Below are positions 1 through 11,934 of a DNA stretch of 64,000 nucleotides, piece after piece. Below the pieces are notes generated by a model. The model was not told the origin of the DNA. It saw only the letters and a program-made list of their open reading frames with translations, and did not search any database. Position 1 is the first letter of the stretch. Each line of letters begins with the position of its first letter. Position numbers and translations under genes: made by a program. Location: NCBI RefSeq assembly GCF_018350175.1, contig NC_058368.1, positions 83,640,001-83,704,000 of the forward strand, read 5' to 3'. Source of the DNA: Felis catus. Its lineage: Eukaryota.

Positions 1-759
1 AAGAGGATAACAACAGTCATATGGGAGGAAAAAGTTGCAAAGGACTTCTTCTGGCTCTTTGCTGAGTTCATCCTGTAGATGGTGAGGAGGATGAAAAAAT
101 AGGAGTTTGAAATGACTCTCACTGGGAAAAGGAGCCTGAGGACACAACACAGGTACATGAGTGTCTCATGGAGGGAAGTGAGCAGGAAAGCTTTACTATG
201 TCAGGAACTTCACAGAAGAAATGATGGATCTCCAGAGATCTGCAGAAAGGGAATGCCATGGTGACAGATGTGAGCATGAATCCATCCACAGATGCCAGAA
301 ACCAGCAGCCAAATACCAGTAGGAGACAAACCCTATGGTTCATGATGACAGGATAATAAAGAGACTGGCAGAGGCAACATAGTAGTCATAGGCCATGGTG
401 GCTAGAAGGAAACATTCTGAACCTCCTAGTATCACATAGAGAAACATTTGTATCCCACAGTCGAGGGTTGAGATCTTATTCACACCCATAACCTGGTCCA
501 TAAGCATCTCGGGCACAGTGATATAAATGTACATTACATCCATGGGAGACAACTGGCTGATGAAAAAGTACATAGGGGTGTGCAGATAAGCATCACAGTA
601 TATCAGAAATATCAGGATAGAGTTTCCAGACAATACCAACAAGAAAAACACAAAAATGACCACACAGAGGAGAGTTGGGTGTTTTGACTGACTGAAAATT
701 CCCACCAGGATGAAATCAGACTGTGCCGTTTCATTGACCACCCGAGTTTTGTTGTCCAT
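1..759 (-). pseudogene. Olfactory receptor pseudogene, OR2T subfamily (OR2T5/OR2T29-like); 3' end lies beyond the left edge
   Basis: ORFs 340-759 and 119-343 carry OR motifs ([19 protein letters not shown] for [13 protein letters not shown]). Alignment to the intact paralogue at 60486 shows a 1-bp deletion at 372/373 (GCC-TCTGC vs GCTATCTGC) and a 4-bp deletion at 178/179 (TGCTCA----CTTCC vs TGCTCAGACACTTCC). Confidence 0.95.
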
Positions 760-848
760 GAGGTTTCACCTAGACACAAGTTCATTGAGACCTCAAATTC
801 AGCAAGGAAAGCTTTGGAGGCAATTGGTCATTTATAAAATGCAATAAC

Positions 849-860
849 CTGAAATGATTT
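849..860 (-). promoter_or_regulatory. Probable splice acceptor of the pseudogene coding exon
   Basis: Minus strand reads tcatttcag|gttatt about 90 nt upstream of the ATG, homologous to tttatttcag|gtgatc upstream of the intact paralogue. Confidence 0.6.
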
Positions 861-907
861 AAGAAATGCTTACTGAAAAAAAGGAAAAAAAAAGAAATGC
901 TTACTGA
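861..907 (+). mobile_element. Poly(A)-only retrotransposition insertion with 16-bp TSD
   Basis: aagaaatgcttactga at 861-876 and 892-907 flanks aaaaaaggaaaaaaa; preceded by ttt, resembling an L1 endonuclease site. Confidence 0.65.
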
Positions 908-1974
908 GAGTTTTTGTGTTAATGTTTGTGTACATCAACATGTGCTAAAAAGAAGAAGTCCCATGGGCCTATATATAGGGGATTATTAATCACTTATGAT
1001 TTAATGAACTTATCACAAAACTAAAAATTTACAAATGTGGGTCAGAATGGTTGCTAACTAATATTGAAATTGCCACAGTTCACATCATCACATTTCATCA
1101 TGATAGATAATGTCATACATTAACATATATTTACAGAGAGGCTAACTTAAGCATATATGGCAAATCACTGAATCATTGAAAATATAAATAAAAATTATAT
1201 TTCTAGAATTTTTGTTGTACAAGTCTAAATTTATTTAACATCAATGCTTTGAGTACCAACAATAATATTAAAAATTCTTGGAAGTATATTCAATGTAAGG
1301 AAGATGTAGAAGCAAATTAAACATAATTGGAGAAAAACCATACCAAATATTAGAGACCCTTGTACCTATAGGAGCAGACTTCCCTGTGAGGTTTTTGTGG
1401 TTGTGTACAGTGAGCAATGCACACACCAGGGAAAGGTCAGGTTTCTCACACATGAATGACCCTTTAGAGACCTATGAGCCTTTAGATGAGATACTTAGAA
1501 TCTCAGCAACCATAGACCCAACTTCCCCCCTTTACTCACCATTTCTGTGTCCACTCTATATAAAACAAAGGATAAGCTTAATTTTGGAGCTCAGGTGTGG
1601 CGAGGATTGAGGGGAAATAATAAAACTACTTAGAACATTACCAGTTACAGATACACACATATACTTTTAGTTAAAAGAGTTCATATCAATGTTAATTATT
1701 ATGAAGGATCAATGTAAGAAATAGCTGTGACTATTACCATCTTATGATGCAAGATGCATTACTTCACATGGTTTAACATCTATTCATATATTTAAAAATT
1801 TAGAATTGATCATTTCTGTATCTCCAACAACTTGAATAAGGTGTGTGTTTATGTTTATTTATTTTGACATGTACTTATTCCATACAAATATACATAAACA
1901 AATAAACATATAATTGATCATGTAATATATATTTATATATTTTGACTATGTATATATATACATATATATATAAC

Positions 1975-2530
1975 TTTTTATTTTTTATTTTTTAATGAAA
2001 TTTATTGTCAAATTGGTTTCCATACAACACCCAGTGCTCATCCCAACAGGTGCCCTCCTCAATACCCATCACCCACCCTCTCCTTCCTTCTCCCCCCGGC
2101 CCCCATCAACCCTCAGTTTGTTCTCAGTTTTTAAGAGTCTCTTATGGTTTGCCTCCATCCCTCTCTAACCATTTTTTTTCCTTCCCCTTCCCCATGGTCT
2201 TCTGTTAAGTTTCTCAGGATCCACATAAGAGTGAAAATATTTGGTATCTGTCTTTCTCTGTATGACTTATTTCACTTAGCATAACACTCTCCAGTTCCAT
2301 CCACATTGCTGCAAAAGGCCATATTTCATTCTTTCTCATTGCCATGTGGTATTCCATTGTATATATAAACCACATCTTCTTTATCCACTTGTCAGTTGAT
2401 GGACATTTAGGCTCTTTCTATAATTTGGCTATTATTGAAAGTGCTGTTATAACATTGGGGTGCATGTGCCCCTAAGCATCAACACTCCTGTATCCCTTGA
2501 GTAAATTCCTAGCAGTGCTATTGCTGGGTC
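1975..2530 (-). mobile_element. LINE-1 3' end (felid-type), 5'-truncated
   Basis: T-rich tail followed by tttattgtcaaattggtttccatacaacacccagtgctcatccc, the reverse complement of the young L1 3' UTR seen at 10790-10830. Confidence 0.9.
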
Positions 2531-2777
2531 TTGAGAAACTTAACAGAAGACCATGAGGGAGGGCAAAGGGAAAAAAAAGTTATAGGGAGGGAGGGAGGAA
2601 GGCAAACCATAAGAGATTCTTAAATACTGAGAACAACCTGAGTGTTGATGGGGGTGGGGGAGAGGGGAAAGTGGGTAACGGGCATTGAGGAGGACACTTG
2701 TTGGGATGAGCACTGGGTGTTGTATGGAAACCAATTAGACAATAAATTATATTAAAAAATAAAATACAAAAATAAAA
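2531..2777 (+). mobile_element. LINE-1 3' UTR fragment fused head-to-head with the previous element
   Basis: ttgagaaacttaacagaagaccatg...gggatgagcactgggtgttgtatggaaacc...aataaa plus an A-rich tail. Confidence 0.85.
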
Positions 2778-4185
2778 CATATCTTAATACAAACAAAAAT
2801 GGAAACACCACACAGCAAAATTTATGGGATGTAAAATAAGTAGTGTAAGAGGGAACTGTATAGATATTAATGCACACATTAATAAAATAGAAAAATCTGA
2901 AATATACAACCTACCCTTACATGCCATGAGAATATAAAAAGCCACAAACTAAGCTCAAATTGAAATAAAAAAAGAAAAGAAAATGAAAATTAGAGCAAAC
3001 ATAAATAAAATAAAGAACAAGCAAACAATAGAAAAGATTAACAAAACTAGTAGATTCTTTGAAAAGATGAACCAAATAGGAAAAACTGCTACACCAATGA
3101 AGGAAAAAAGACAGAAGACTCAGACAAACAAAACTTCTTACAATTGAAAGAGGAAATATTGCAACTGAAAAGGACTACTGTAAACAACCATATATCAACT
3201 AAATGGAAAACCTAGAAGAATGGGATAAATTCTTACAATATGCCAAGATTGAAACAGGAATAAATAGGAAATTTGAACAGGCTAATTACCAGAAAACATA
3301 TTGAATATGTAGTTAAAAATATCTCAATAAACAAAATACCAGGAACAGATGGCTTTACTGGTGAATTTTCCCAAACATTGAAAAAAAATAAAACTATCAC
3401 CATTTTTTTTTAAACTCTCCCAAAATATTAAAGAGGAGAAACACTCTCACAATCATTTTATGAGGCCACATTACTTTGATACCAGAGTCAGGTAAAGACA
3501 CTAAAAGAAAACTATAGACCAATAGGCCTGATTAACATAAATGCAAAAATTCTCAGTAATTAACAGTACATAATGAAGCATGGTCAAATGGGACATACCT
3601 GGGATGCAAGAATGTTTCAGCATCTGCAAATAAATCAATGCGATACATAACATTAATAAAGTAAAAGATGAAATTATCATTTCAGAAAAGAGAAAATACA
3701 TTTGAATATTTTCATATTTGTTCACAATAAAACTCTCAACATATTAAGTATAGAAGCAAAATGTATAATATAATAAAGGACATATATTGGGAAGCCCACA
3801 ACTTAGCACTATTCTCAGTAGTGAGATTTTAAAATAATTTCTTCTGTGGTCAGGAACAACATAGGGGTGACTACTTTCACCACTGCTCATCAACATAATA
3901 CTGGAAGTGTTGCCTGGCAATCAGGCAAAAAATAAACAAACAATATCTAAATCAGAAAGGAGGAAGTAAAATTTGTGTGAAAACATCATATTTTCATATA
4001 GAAAATTTTAAAACTCCACAACGACACTGTTAGATTTAATCAATGAACTTAATAACGTTGTAAACTAAAAAATCAATGCTAAAAGTCAGTAGTGCTTGTA
4101 CACACTAATAGTGGGTTATTTGATAAAAAATATGAAGATTACCATTCCATTTACATTAGCTTCAAAAACAGTAAAAGTACTAAGT
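2778..4185 (+). mobile_element. Old, degenerate LINE-1 ORF2 fragment (post-EN linker into RT)
   Basis: Decayed ORF2 text (tttatgggat..., ggctttactggtgaattt, ttttatgaggcc, ctatagaccaat) with many stops. Confidence 0.8.
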
Positions 4186-4759
4186 CATGCATCTGTTTCT
4201 GTGTACAAGTAGATCCTGACACCAGAAATCAAAATTAGCTCTCAAATGGAGCCTGTTTTACCTTACATTTTTTTTTTTAATCCCAAGGTCTCAGGCTATC
4301 TTCAGACTGGATGCCTTGATTCATATATATATATATATTTTTCATAATGTCCCTCAGGCTGTTTCCTTGCTATGAATTTACCCTTCTGACTTCTTTTTAC
4401 ATCTTAATAGTCCAAAAATGTTCAGCTAAAAAAAAATCTACATGAAACCTGTCTCTACTCTTAATCAGTGAGAATATGCACACCTCTGAGACATATGGTA
4501 TATTGTTTATGCTCCTCTCACAGGTTTTATGTCCTATATTTTACTTATTTATTTTAAAATTCCAACAAAAAGTTCTACACGAATGATATAGTTACGTGTG
4601 ATATTGGCTATGTGAAATTAGCTTTAAAATGTCCATATCGGAGTGGTGTATAGCTACTTAAAAATCACAAATGAATGATAAATGTATTTGAATGAATATA
4701 ATTTCAAAATTATATTTATAAATTGTTACAAGCAGTATGGGATTGTTAATGAACTGTGC

Positions 4760-7444
4760 AGTACAAAAGCAATTCCCTGAAGTCCAGTGTGGCTGAAGCC
4801 TCATCAGGCAAACTGAGAACAAACATCTGGTCTGATTTCTGTATCACCTTAGTAAAAGCCTATGGAGGCCCTGGACAGGTCACCTAATAACACAGGGATA
4901 AAACTGCCAGTGTACCCACATCAGGCAAAGTGAGCCATTAAAACCAACTGTACTGAAGACAAATACAGCTCACACACAGTAGTAGAACACGTAGGGCTCA
5001 CATAGGAGACACCAGTAAAAAAACAAATGGTCCTGGTAAACAGAGGACATTGTGCTACAGGGCACCACAAGTTCTCTTCTGTATAAAAGTGCTACTTTCA
5101 AGATCAGGAGATGTAACTGACTTCCCTATTACATTGAAACAAACAAAGAGTTGGACAAATTAGAAGACAGAGAAATACGTCCCAAATTAAAAAAAAAAAG
5201 ACAAAAACCACAGGAGGAAAAAACATATAATACTACAAAGATAAGCATTATGATTGACAAATAATTCAAAGTAATGGTCAAAAAGATACTGGGCTTGAGA
5301 AAAGGGTGAGGGATCTCAGTAAGAACTTTAACAAAGAGAAAATATGAGAGACCCAGCTAAAGATAAATAACTCAATAACTGTAATAAAAATACACTAGAG
5401 TGAATTAATAGCAGATCAGAGAACACAGAAGATGGGTTAGCAATCTAGAAAACAGAGTAATGGAAAGCATCTAAGCTAAACAACACAGAGAAAAAAACTA
5501 ATACAATTAAAATGACAATAGGTTTTTCTCTTTCTCTGACTGATTTACTTTGGCATAATACACTCTAATCCCATCGACATCATTGCAAATGGCAAGATTT
5601 CATTGTTTTTGATGGCTGAGTAATAGTCCATAGTTTCACTTATATGTGAAATCCAAGAAACAAAACAAATGAACACAGGAGAAGTGAAGGAAAAATGAAA
5701 TAAGATAGAAACAGAGAGGAAGTCAAACCATAAGAGAATCTTAACTATAGAGAGCAAACTGAGGGTGGCTGGAAGGGACATCGGTGGAGGGATGGGCTAA
5801 GTGTGTGATAGGCATTGAGGACAGCACTTGGGATGAACACTGGGAGTTACATGTAAGTAATGAATCACTAAATTATACTCCTAAAACCAGTACTACACTA
5901 TGTGCTTACTAATTTGAATTTAAATAGCATCTTGGGAACAAAAAAGAATGACAATATGTTAACAGAACTGAAGGAAATATTCAAGCCTAATAGTATTTGC
6001 ATTATAGAAATCCCAGAAAGAAGAGAAAAGGGGATAATTTATTTAAAGAAGCGATAGATTAAAAACTTAGCTAATGTAGGAAATTAAATGGATATCCATA
6101 TCCAGGATGCACAGAAAGTCCCCAACTAAATTAATACAAAGAAGTCTATACCAAATACATAATAATTAAAATGGACAAAAAATAAAAGTAAAGATAATTT
6201 TAAAAGCAGCAAAGGAAGAAAAAGAGTTACATACAATGAAAGCCACAAAAGCTAGCATCTGTTTTTTCAGCAAAACATTGTAGGCTAGAATGAAGTGGTA
6301 TGATATATTCAGTTGCTGTAAAGAACAATACTGCAACCAAGAATGGTATACCGAGCTGGGTTATCATTCAGAATAGGAGAGAAAGTTTCCCAGACAAGCA
6401 AAATTTAAAAGAATTTATCTCCACTAAACCAGCCTTACAAAAAATGTTAAAATAAATTCTTTGAGTAGACAGAGTAGACTATAAGTGGGAGTGAGACAGT
6501 TATAGATAAAAAAATTTCACAGGTAAATTCAAGCATAATAATGGTAGTTGATTAATCACTTATAAAAGCTGCATGGATGTGAAAGCATATAAGCAGTAAA
6601 GTACATTTTATCTACAAAAATTAGTCAAGGGAATCATAAAATTAAAAAGAAAAATTGTAAAGTATGACATCATATACATAAAACCTGAGAAGAAAGTAAA
6701 AATTTAGGGCTTTTAAAGTGTATTAGCTTAAGCAACCATCAACTTAATATAGATTCCTATATGCATAAGATATTATATATGAAGATAATTGTACCCACAA
6801 ATCAAAAACATATAAAAGATACAGAAAAAAAAGAGAGTTATACAATCAAAAGATATAAAGTGATTTAATGAATAAGAAATCAAGACCCATTTGTACCTGC
6901 CTAGAAGAACTTACTTTAGTCCTAAAAGCAAATGCAGATAGAAAGTGAAGAGTTGGAAAAACATTTGCCATGAAAATGGAAATAAAAAGAAACTAGGGCA
7001 GCAATATGTATATTGGACAAAATAGATTTTAAAAGAAAGACTGTAATAAGAGACTAAAACAAAAGACTGTAACTGTGGATATTTATGCACCCAACAGAGA
7101 GCATCAAAAAACATAAAGCTTCTACTAACAGACATAAAGGAAGAAATAGATGATAATAAATTAGTAATAGGAGATTTTAACACTGGTTTATATGAATGGA
7201 TTGGTTAACCAGTCAGAAAAATCAATAAGAAAGCAATGTGGCTAAATGGCACATTATACCAGATGAACATAACAGATATATTTAGAGCATTCCATTGAAA
7301 AACAATATACGTTTTTTCAAGTTCACATAGAACATTCTCCAGAATAGATCACATGGTAGCCCACAAAACAAGTCTTACTAAATCAAAAATATTAAAATCA
7401 TATCATGCATATTTGCCAACTGCAACAGAATAATACAAGAATAC
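4760..7444 (+). mobile_element. Old LINE-1: 3' part of 5' UTR, ORF1, inter-ORF and EN domain, interrupted at 5525-5944
   Basis: Colinear with the L1 at 38049 (cataggag..., agagaaatatgtcccaaa); EN motif ggagattttaacac at ~7171. Confidence 0.75.
5525..5944 (+). mobile_element. Older L1 3' end with 5' inversion (twin priming)
   Basis: Minus-strand segment 5525-~5632 then plus-strand 3' UTR; degenerate TSD aaaatgacaataggtt (5509-5524) / agaatgacaatatgtt (5945-5960). Confidence 0.75.
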
Positions 7445-9090
7445 TCATGGAGTTTAACATCCCACTTACAGCAATAGACAGATCATGTAAACAGAAAATC
7501 AACAAGGAAACAATGACTTTAAATGACACACTGGACCAGATGGACTTAACAATATTTTCAAACATTTCATATTAAAGTAGCAGAATACATATTCTTCTCA
7601 AGTGCACATGGAATATTCTTCAGAATAGATCACATACTGGGTCACAAATCAGACCTCAACAAGTTCAAAAAGATTGATAAAATACCATGCAGATTTTCAA
7701 AACACAACATTATGAAACATGAAATCAACCACAAGAAAAAAATTTGGAAAGACAACAAATACTTGGAGACTAAAAAACATTCTCCTGGGGAGCCTGGGTG
7801 GCTCAGTCACTTAGGTGTCTGACTCCGGGTCAGGTCATGATCTCATGGTTTGTAGGTTCAAGCCTGGCATCAGACTGTTTCGACAGCTCAGAGCCTGGAA
7901 CTTGCTTCAGATTCTGTGTCTCCCTTTCTTTATTCCTCTCCCTCACTCACACACTCTCTCTCTCTCTCTCAAAAATAAAGATTTAAAAAAAAATAAAAAA
8001 AGAACATCCTACTAAAGAATGAATGGGCTAACCAAGAAATTAAAGAGGAAATAAAAAGTACATGGAACCCAATGATAATGAAAACACTACAGTCCAAAAC
8101 CTCTGAGATGCTGCAAAGGCAGTCATAAGAGGGAAATATATAGCAATCCAGACATTCCTAAAGAAGGAAGAAAAGTCTCAAATACACAACCTAACCTTAC
8201 ACCTATAAGGGCTGGAAAAAGAACAACAACAACAACAAAAGCCCAAAACCAGCAGAAGGGAAATAATATAGATTAGAGCAGAAATAAATGATACTAAATT
8301 AAAAAAAAAAAGAACAGTAAAACAGATAAATGAAACTAGGAGCTGTTTCTTTAAACAAATGAACAAAATTGATAAACCCCTAGCCATATTTATCAAAAAG
8401 AAAAAGGGAAATACCAATAAGTAAAATCACAAATAGAAGAGGAGAGATCACAAACAGTGCAGAAATGTAACCAACAGTAAAAGAATACTATGAACAGTTA
8501 TATGCCAAAAATTGGGCAATCTTGAAGAAATGGATACATTTTAAGAAACATTAAAAACCAAAACTTAAATAGGAATAAATTTAAAAAAAAGTGAAAAGAC
8601 CCATAACCAGCAAAGAAATTGAATCAGCTATCAAAAAAATCTCCAGGGTCGTATGCCTTACCAGTGAAATTCTACCAAACTTTTAGAGAGTTAATACCTA
8701 TTATTTTTAAGCTGTTGTAAAAAAATAGAAATGGCAGGAAAATGTACAAACTCATTCTATGAAGCCAGAATTACCACGATTCCAAAACCAGACAAAGACC
8801 CCAGTATAAAGACTTACAGACCAATTTTGCTGATGAACATGGATGCAAAAAAATCAACAAGATACTAGCAATTCAAATCTGACAAACATTAAAAGAATTA
8901 TTCACCACAATCAGGTGGGGTTTATTCAGGGCCAGTTAAAAATCTGCAAATCAATTTATGTGATAAATCACATTAATAAAATAAATAATAAGAACGACAT
9001 GATCCTCTCAATAAATAAAGAAAGGCATATGAAAAGCTACAGCATAATATCTTGGATAAAAAAAAAAAAACTCAAGAAAGTGAGGATAGA
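7445..9090 (+). mobile_element. LINE-1 ORF2 fragment (EN to start of RT)
   Basis: Restarts in the EN domain (ggagtttaacatcccactt); ORF 8843-9097 contains [13 protein letters not shown]. Confidence 0.85.
7787..7999 (+). mobile_element. CanSINE (tRNA-derived)
   Basis: ggggagcctgggtggctcagt head, (CT)n tract, A tail; degenerate TSD aaaaacattctcct / aagaacatcctact. Confidence 0.92.
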
Positions 9091-10866
9091 CATTTAGGCT
9101 CTTTCCATAATTTGGCTATTGTTGAGAGTGCTGCTATGAACATTGGGGTACAAGTGGCCCTATGCATCAGTACTCCTGTATCCCTTGGATAAATTCCTAG
9201 CAGTGCTATTGCTGGGTCATAGGGTAGGTCTATTTTTAATTTTCTGAGGAACCTCCACACTGCTTTCCAGAGCGGCTGCACCAATTTGCATTCCCACCAA
9301 CAGTGCAAGAGGGTTCCCGTTTCTCCACATCCTCTCCAGCATCTATAGTCTCCTGATTTGTTCATTTTGGCCACTCTGACTGGCGTGAGGTGATATCTGA
9401 GTGTGGTTTTGATTTGTATTTCCCTGATAAGGAGCGACGCTGAACATCTTTTCATGTGCCTGTTGGCCATCCGGATGTCTTCTTTAGAGAAGTGTCTATT
9501 CATGTTTTCTGCCCATTTCTTCACTGGGTTATTTGTTTTTCGGGTGTGGAGTTTGGTGAGCTCTTTATAGATTTTGGATACTAGCCCTTTGTCCGATATG
9601 TCATTTGCGAATATCTTTTCCCATTCCGTTGGTTGCCTTTTAGTTTTGTTGGTTGTTTCCTTTGCTGTGCAGAAGCTTTTTATCTTCATAAGGTCCCAGT
9701 AATTCACTTTTGCTTTTAATTCCCTTGCCTTTGGGGATGTGTCGAGTAAGAGATTGCTACGGCTGAGGTCAAAGAGGTCTTTTCCTGCTTTCTCCTCTAA
9801 GGTTTTGATGGTTTCCTGTCTCACATTTAGGTCCTTTATCCATATTGAGTTTATTTTTGTGAATGGTGTGAGAAAGTGGTCTAGTTTCAACCTTCTGCAT
9901 GTTGCTGTCCAGTTCTCCCAGCACCATTTGTTAAAGAGGCTTTTTTCCATTGGATGTTCTTTCCTGCTTTGTCGAAAAACAAATAACCCAGTGAAGAAAT
10001 GGGCAGAAAACATGAATAGACACTTCTCTAAAGAAGACATCCAGATGGCCAACAGGCACATGAAAAGATGTTCAGCGTCGCTCCTTATCAGGGAAATACA
10101 AATCAAAACCACACTCAGGTATCACCTCACGCCAGTCAGAGTGGCCAAAATGAACAAATCAGGAGACTATAGATGCTGGAGAGGATGTGGAGAAACGGGA
10201 ACCCTCTTGCACTGTTGGTGGGAATGCAAATTGGTGCAGCCGCTCTGGAAAGCAGTGTGGAGGTTCCTCAGAAAATTAAAAATAGACCTACCCTATGACC
10301 CAGCAATAGCACTGCTAGGAATTTATCCAAGGGATACAGGAGTACTGATGCATAGGGCCACTTGTACCCCAATGTTCATAGCAGCACTCTCAACAATAGC
10401 CAAATTATGGAAAGAGCCTAAATGTCCATCAACTGATGAATGGATAAAGAAATTGTGGTTTATATACACAATGGAATACTACGTGGCAATGAGAAAAATG
10501 AAATATGGCCTTTTGTAGCAATGTGGATGGAACTGGAGAGTGTGATGCTAAGTGAAATAAGCCATACAGAGAAAGACAGATACCATATGGTTTCACTCTT
10601 ATGTGGATCCTGAGAAACTTAACAGGAACCCATGGGGGAGGGAAAGGAAAAAAAAAGAGGTTAGAGTGGGAGAGAGCCAAAGCATAAGAGACTGTTAAAA
10701 ACTGAGAACAAACTGAGGGTTGATGGGGGGTGGGAGGGAGGAGAGGGTGGGTGATGGTTATTGAGGAGGGCACCTTTTGGGATGAGCACTGGGTGTTGTA
10801 TGGAAACCAATTTGACAATAAATTTCATATATATAAAAAAAAAAGTAAAAAAAAAAACAAAAAAAC
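9091..10866 (+). mobile_element. Young felid LINE-1, 5'-truncated, with an inverted 5' segment (9091-9976) that partly duplicates the forward segment
   Basis: ORFs 9072-10112(-) and 9739-10518(+) both encode the ORF2 C-terminus with the CCHC knuckle ([18 protein letters not shown]); junction microhomology cgaa at 9973-9976; poly(A) at ~10834-10866. Confidence 0.93.
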
Positions 10867-10874
10867 AATTTTAC

Positions 10875-11165
10875 CAGAGATAGACAAATACTGTATTGTT
10901 TCACTCATATGTGGAATTTTAAAAAAATAAAACAAGCAAAAAAAAGACAAAAAAGAAACAAACAAAAAACACACTATTAAATACATATAACAAGCTGGTG
11001 ATTTCCAGAACATATGTGGGTTGGGGAATGGGTAAAATAGATAATGGGGATTGAAAGCAAACTTATTTTGATAATCACTGATAACTGGATAAAACTATTG
11101 AATCATTCTATTGTACACTTTAATATAGCACTGTATGTTAATTATATCTTAATAAGAAGAAAATA
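10875..11165 (+). mobile_element. Older L1 3' UTR
   Basis: cagagatagacaaatactgtattgtttcactcatatgtggaat...ttgtacactt...gcactgtatgttaatta. Confidence 0.75.
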
Positions 11166-11661
11166 TACAGGAAAATGTAGAAATAATCAATATTAATATC
11201 TATTTATTGAAAACATTTCAAAATATAAAATTGAAGGCAATCAATATGTTGCAAATGATTGGTCCAACATCATTTACCAAAAATCATGCCACATATCATT
11301 AAATTTGGAAAGCTATATCAATAGCAATTGATGTACAAAAAGGATACACATAAACTATAATGAAAGTGCTCTAGTAGAGAACAATGAAGAGATAGGTCAC
11401 CTGGGGCTATATACACCTCCAATGCATCAATAATCTTAAGAGTAAAATAAATAATATCTTTGACTATATTATCTATGTTGTGTTTTTCCTGCATGACTTA
11501 TTCATTCCATAACTGGAAGGTTGTATCCCCCACTCCTCTTAATCCATTTTCCCATTTCCCAAACATCTCCTTTCTGGCAATCATCAGTTTGTTCTCTGTA
11601 CTTTTAGGTTGTATGATGACAGTATGACTATTGTGGTGACAATAATATGGACAGAGCATTT

Positions 11662-11884
11662 GTTTAAATTTCTTTTAATGTTTATTTATTTTAAGGGAGA
11701 GAGACAGAGTCAGAGAGTGCATGAGCTGGGAGGGACAGAAAGAGAGGAAGTCACAGAATCCAAAGCAGGCTCCAAGGTCCAAGCTGCCAGAAGATAGCCC
11801 AACGACGGGCTCACACTCAGGTGAAATCATGACTTGAACCCCACCCAGTCAGCCACTTAACTGACTGAGCCACCCAGGCGCCTC
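11662..11884 (-). mobile_element. CanSINE inside an old L1 3' end
   Basis: Ends ...ctgactgagccacccaggcgcctc; (GA)n tract and T-rich tail at the left. Confidence 0.9.
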
Positions 11885-11934
11885 ATGGATAGAAAATGTG
11901 AATAACTATGTTGTACATTTGAAACTGAGGTAGC

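Noticed and set aside
9072..10518. Overlapping 346-aa and 259-aa ORFs as a novel bidirectional gene
   Set aside because: Both are L1 ORF2 C-terminal sequence read across the inversion junction; their N-termini are antisense L1.
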